From a virus: a stretch of DNA of 35,563 nt. Below, in pieces: positions 31,708-35,563 of this stretch (position 1 is the first letter of the stretch; every line of letters begins with the position of its first letter). The position numbers and the translations under genes are program-made. The stretch is from IMG/VR virus record IMGVR_UViG_3300045988_077109; one strand, 5' to 3'. Below the pieces are notes generated by a model. The model did not search any database and was not told the DNA's origin. It saw only the letters and a program-made list of their open reading frames with translations.

Positions 31708-32844
31708 ATGGCGGAAATCAATTATATCGAAATTAATGCGGAAAATCGCAGTATTACGATTCCACAAAGCGAAAAACTACTTGGAGTCGAAAATGACAGC
31801 AAGGCAATCCGAAAGCACTTCCGATGTCCGAAAATTGTCGGAGATGGAATTGACCTCACAAAATCCGATGTGCATATCAACATCCAGAATGCATCAAATA
31901 AGGTATCCGGAAAAGACAGATACAATGCTGAGAATTTAAAGGTGTCTGGCGAAAATGTAACTTTTGAGTGGAGTCCTCTGCGAAAAGCTACATCACACAA
32001 AGGCACTGTCAGATTTAGCGTGTGCGTGACTGAAGAAGGTACAGACAGAGAATGGAATACCACGATCGCGACCTTGAACGTGTTAGAAGGCGAAGAGCTT
32101 TTTACAGAAAAAGAGCGTGAAGAAAGAGGCTCTGACTTTGCCGGAATCCTTACTGCGGACGCAACCGCGGATGCAGACAGCATTGAATTCGGAAAGAGCG
32201 CCTATGTGAATGGAAAGAAAATTGAATGGGCGTTGACGAGCAAAAATGAAATTAAAGCAGTTACCAAAAAAACGGAACTATCATCCACACCAATAATCAT
32301 TCCGAACTATGGTCAGAGTACAATGCCGGTGCTTAAACATACAATTGAAGTCTCTCTTGCAGATACAAACAAGCCTGTCTTGTTAAAAGGGGATGCTAAA
32401 AAAACGATTGTGTACGACGAAGCAGGCAGTATTTATGGAGATGCAAAAGCGTCAGATGTAAGAGCCGGAAAAACATTTACGTCAAGCAATGGTGTGAAAA
32501 TTACCGGAACGCTCAGTGTGTCGGCAAAAACTATGAAAGGGATTGTCACGGGAGGAGGTGCGAATGCGGTTGCGTTTGATACTGGATTAAAAGCGATATC
32601 ATGCATAGTGATAATGCAGACGGTTACAAGCACGAGTGACACGGGCATCATTGCATTGCTGCACCAGAATGGAAAGACGGTAGGAATTGGAAATAGTTAC
32701 AGCCAGTACTTGAAAACATCATCTACATCGACAGGAACGATCGCTATAAACGGTGGGGAAGTAACATATACACCGAAGAATGGAACAGAAGTAACAAATA
32801 TGGTTGACGGAAAAGAATACACTTGGATCGCAATCGGAGAATAG
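31708..32844 (+). CDS. tail fibre / structural protein (378 aa)
   Basis: SD aggaggtg is upstream. Position is in the tail-tip module. No family firmly recognised. Confidence 0.65.
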   Translation: MAEINYIEINAENRSITIPQSEKLLGVENDSKAIRKHFRCPKIVGDGIDLTKSDVHINIQNASNKVSGKDRYNAENLKVSGENVTFEWSPLRKATSHKGTVRFSVCVTEEGTDREWNTTIATLNVLEGEELFTEKEREERGSDFAGILTADATADADSIEFGKSAYVNGKKIEWALTSKNEIKAVTKKTELSSTPIIIPNYGQSTMPVLKHTIEVSLADTNKPVLLKGDAKKTIVYDEAGSIYGDAKASDVRAGKTFTSSNGVKITGTLSVSAKTMKGIVTGGGANAVAFDTGLKAISCIVIMQTVTSTSDTGIIALLHQNGKTVGIGNSYSQYLKTSSTSTGTIAINGGEVTYTPKNGTEVTNMVDGKEYTWIAIGE

Positions 32845-32857
32845 GAGGAATCAACAT

Positions 32858-33361
32858 ATGAAAAGAAAAAGAAGAAAATTAGCAGCTATCATCTGCGCAC
32901 TTACACTGGCACTTTCCAGTGCTGTACCGGTGTCGGCATGTACGCCACCACTTAAACCGCCATCCGTAGAGATTCCGGATATCAACTTTGAACCTGACGA
33001 TGCCTTGAAAGAAGCAATCAGCAATGCAGCAAAAAACTGGATTGAGAAATGCATCCTCGGTACTCCGACAGTGGAATATGCATCGTACTATAAAAGCCAG
33101 TCAAGGTATTTTAATTATGCTTATGTGGCAGTCAAGTGGTCAGAAGTTGAAAATGCAACGTCCTACAAAGTGCGTATCACAAAAGCTGACGGAACGTGGA
33201 AAGAATACGATACGACCTATACAGCATTTTACAGCACCAATTACACGGATGATTTTATGGACGGAATGGACGGAGCTACGGTGAAAGTCAAAGCTTACGG
33301 CGATAACGATACATTCGGCTGTTGGTCAGATGATACTAATATTGCGAAATTTGGATATTAG
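32858..33361 (+). CDS. secreted lipoprotein with an FN3-like domain (167 aa)
   Basis: ATG 32858 lies 8 nt after aggagg, within track ORF 32804..33361. MKRKRRKLAAIICALTLALSSAVPVSAC is a signal peptide with a lipobox-like VSAC. VKWSEVENATSYKVRITKADGTWKEYDTTYTAFY is FN3-like. Confidence 0.75.
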   Translation: MKRKRRKLAAIICALTLALSSAVPVSACTPPLKPPSVEIPDINFEPDDALKEAISNAAKNWIEKCILGTPTVEYASYYKSQSRYFNYAYVAVKWSEVENATSYKVRITKADGTWKEYDTTYTAFYSTNYTDDFMDGMDGATVKVKAYGDNDTFGCWSDDTNIAKFGY

Positions 33362-33404
33362 GAGGAGATAGCATGATAAGAGGCAGAAGTAGAGGAGCAG
33401 TAGT

Positions 33405-35462
33405 ATGAACAATATCGTATCTGTAAAATTAGATTCCAGATATGCATCCACGCTGGGGGTATGGCAGTATGATTACGGTCAGGTGCTCCGGATCACAGGT
33501 CCGAAACTTCCACCGGCAGTGGAAGTGCAGTTTTCGCTGGCCGAGAAATCAGGAGAGACATTATCCAGAGTCGGCACGACGGTAGACGGAGTTACAGAGG
33601 TAAAGATTCCGGATGAATTACTGACACACAGTGCGACAAGCGATTACCGGATCTATGCTTATATCTATCTGGCAGATGAGACTTCAGGAAGCACCAAATA
33701 TGAAATTACAATCCCGGTCAGGGTACGTAGTAAGCCAACCTCTCCGGCAGAAGATCCAGAGACGGATCCGGATCTCTTTAGGGAGACAGTAGTAGCGGTC
33801 AATGCATCTGCTGAACGAGCTGAGAATGCTGCAAGCTCTGCGATGGAAAGTGCAGCATCGGCAGATGAGACACTGGCAGAGATCGAACGTGTTGCAGATG
33901 GTATTTCGGGAAATATCGAGAACGCCAACACAATGAAGACTGAGCTCTCTGATATGATCAACAATGCAGGGATAGAGAAGAAAGAGCTGGAATCATCAAT
34001 TGGAAAAGCCGGAGAAGCTAAGAAGGCATTAGACAGCTCCATTAGATCCGCTGGAGAGAAGCAGTTAGCGTTAGACGCCACGGTAGAACATGCGAATACA
34101 GTAGACGCATCGTTGAAAGAGCATATAGGTAGCGCTGAGCAAATACAGGCAAATGTTGAGCAGATTGCGACCAATAAAGAGGATATTGGTTCACTACAGG
34201 AAGAGTTAGGTGATATAGAATCAAAATTTGAGATTGAAACCGAAGCTTTTTCTAATAAATGTTCAATTATTAGAAATAACACACCTAACAATTTCACAGG
34301 AAATCAAATAACGGGCGTAAAACAATATTTTGATTTTGGTGAAAACGCAGCACTAACAAAAATAAAGATGAATATTAAAGCATCTAATGACGATACTGTC
34401 GTTTTAGAAATCGCCACTCTTGATGGCAATATTATAGCAACAGCAGAAAAGGCGGTTACAACAGAATATACAGATGTTGTGTTTGATTTAGAGAATATTG
34501 TTATTAAAGAACCTGTTTCAGTATTTGTATACACAAAAGGAACCAATTTACTGTCATATGGTTTATATGCAACGCCATATGACGATCAATCATTTTCGTA
34601 TATTTTTCCTGATGGTACAAGGAAATCAGCATTTAAGATTGGTACATCAGAAATACCAAAACCCACAACATCAAATAATAAGCAATGCTTAGTTTTGTTC
34701 TTTGATTATACATCTAAGATCATAAAGAATATCTCTGATTCCATTTCACAAAATATTGATACAACTTTGTTGAAAAGTGGAAAAGCCGCAGACGCTAAAG
34801 TAGTTGGAGATAAATTAAGTAAACTAGAGGAAGATATAGGAAATAAAGCTCCTGCAATAATAAAAAAAGCATCAGGAAAAACTATCATTATAAATGATTC
34901 TTCGAACCTTCCAATAAAGATATTGTCTGGAACAGGAAAAATCATAATTACAGGGAAGAATATTCTTAATATAAAAAAGAAAAATGAATTCATTCCATTT
35001 GAAGCAAAAGCTGGTACGCTATTTACACTTATCACCAACGGAGAATTGAGTGAAGGTGGGAATGTCCTGTTTACAGGTGAAAATGATGAAAACGTATGGT
35101 TTACTATCGATAAAGGGAAGACAAGAGTTTCTGCAAAAATTGGTGGAAATGTAAAAGGATATAAGAATTTGCTTAATCGAAAAGAGGGACTGAAATACTG
35201 TTTTTCTGTTGGGGAAAATGATGAATACGAAGAGTATGTGGAGCAAGTAATCACCGCTCCAGTTGATAGCGAGCAATTAAAGGCAATTCACACAAATTAC
35301 CCTACAACCGTGCTGACATCAGAAAACGAAATATCTGTTGAGTATGTAGCGGATACGGAAGCATATATCGGAAAGAGAATTAAAGAAGAGAATCAATCTC
35401 TGCAAAAACAAATCCTCGAAATTCAAAACGCTTTAATTAGTCAGAAAATTTCGGGGGTATAA
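33405..35462 (+). CDS. receptor-binding / upper baseplate (BppU-like) fibre protein (685 aa)
   Basis: The N-terminus VKLDSRYASTLGVWQYDYGQVLRITGPKLPPAVEVQFSL...IYAYIYL fits the BppU N-terminal pattern. A coiled coil with Ala/Ser/Glu repeats follows, then an AT-rich C-terminal domain. Confidence 0.8.
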   Translation: MNNIVSVKLDSRYASTLGVWQYDYGQVLRITGPKLPPAVEVQFSLAEKSGETLSRVGTTVDGVTEVKIPDELLTHSATSDYRIYAYIYLADETSGSTKYEITIPVRVRSKPTSPAEDPETDPDLFRETVVAVNASAERAENAASSAMESAASADETLAEIERVADGISGNIENANTMKTELSDMINNAGIEKKELESSIGKAGEAKKALDSSIRSAGEKQLALDATVEHANTVDASLKEHIGSAEQIQANVEQIATNKEDIGSLQEELGDIESKFEIETEAFSNKCSIIRNNTPNNFTGNQITGVKQYFDFGENAALTKIKMNIKASNDDTVVLEIATLDGNIIATAEKAVTTEYTDVVFDLENIVIKEPVSVFVYTKGTNLLSYGLYATPYDDQSFSYIFPDGTRKSAFKIGTSEIPKPTTSNNKQCLVLFFDYTSKIIKNISDSISQNIDTTLLKSGKAADAKVVGDKLSKLEEDIGNKAPAIIKKASGKTIIINDSSNLPIKILSGTGKIIITGKNILNIKKKNEFIPFEAKAGTLFTLITNGELSEGGNVLFTGENDENVWFTIDKGKTRVSAKIGGNVKGYKNLLNRKEGLKYCFSVGENDEYEEYVEQVITAPVDSEQLKAIHTNYPTTVLTSENEISVEYVADTEAYIGKRIKEENQSLQKQILEIQNALISQKISGV

Positions 35463-35508
35463 TCCAAGTTAAAAACAGTGTAAAGTTGCCGATTCAGAAT
35501 CTAAGAGT

Positions 35509-35563
35509 ATTCGGCGTTGGAGCAGAAATCTGGAAAGAAATCATGTAGTAAACTAAAGGAAGC
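35509..35563. repeat. second copy of the 55-bp terminal repeat
   Basis: Identical to 1..55. Confidence 0.95.

Noticed and set aside
33665-35254. Minus-strand ORFs 33665..34297 (210 aa) and 34706..35254 (182 aa)
   Set aside because: Both are antisense to the 685-aa fibre gene. Their Ser/Phe-rich translations mirror the sense-strand coiled-coil and AT-rich codons.
30684-35462. Diversity-generating retroelement targeting the fibre genes
   Set aside because: There is no reverse transcriptase ORF anywhere in the genome. I saw no template/variable repeat pair near the fibre C-termini.

Overview
The first 55 bases recur exactly as the last 55, so this window is a complete, circularly assembled phage genome with a unique length of 35508 bp. 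It looks like a temperate siphovirus-type phage of a Gram-positive host. The host is probably clostridial or Lachnospiraceae-like, an inference from the ChW-repeat endolysin and the gene families present.

Gene order:
- Small post-fibre genes, including an XkdX-like ORF.
- An AT-rich moron with its own promoter and terminator, encoding a membrane-anchored protein.
- A lysis cassette: two small membrane ORFs, a holin, and an amidase/ChW endolysin.
- A leftward large serine integrase.
- An atypical lysogeny/accessory region with no recognisable CI/Cro pair. It holds two convergent, stop-overlapping gene pairs whose leftward genes sit behind a duplicated promoter module. Genes: small zinc ribbon, DUF2321-like, lipoprotein, DUF2829/Tad2-like, YjcQ-like wHTH.
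- An early operon led by an AntA/KilAC antirepressor.
- An HUH rolling-circle Rep that overlaps a degenerate RNase H-like gene, then a ParB-like protein, a Cys/His nuclease-like protein and a DUF4317-like protein.
- A tandem array of four WMP(L/I)P (DUF551-type) paralogues, one of them frameshifted.
- A sigma-region-4-like late regulator.
- HNH endonuclease, P27-type TerS and TerL, which suggests cos packaging.
- HK97-type portal, ClpP-like protease and capsid, followed by head-tail joining genes and the major tail protein.
- A tail chaperone with a -1 frameshift on an A9 run, then tape measure, Dit, Tal and a two-domain virion peptidoglycan hydrolase.
- Three fibre/BppU-like proteins, with a lipoprotein gene embedded among them.

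I found no rRNA, tRNA, CRISPR array, transposase or reverse transcriptase. All family names come from motif patterns I recognise by eye and from memory; no database search was run.
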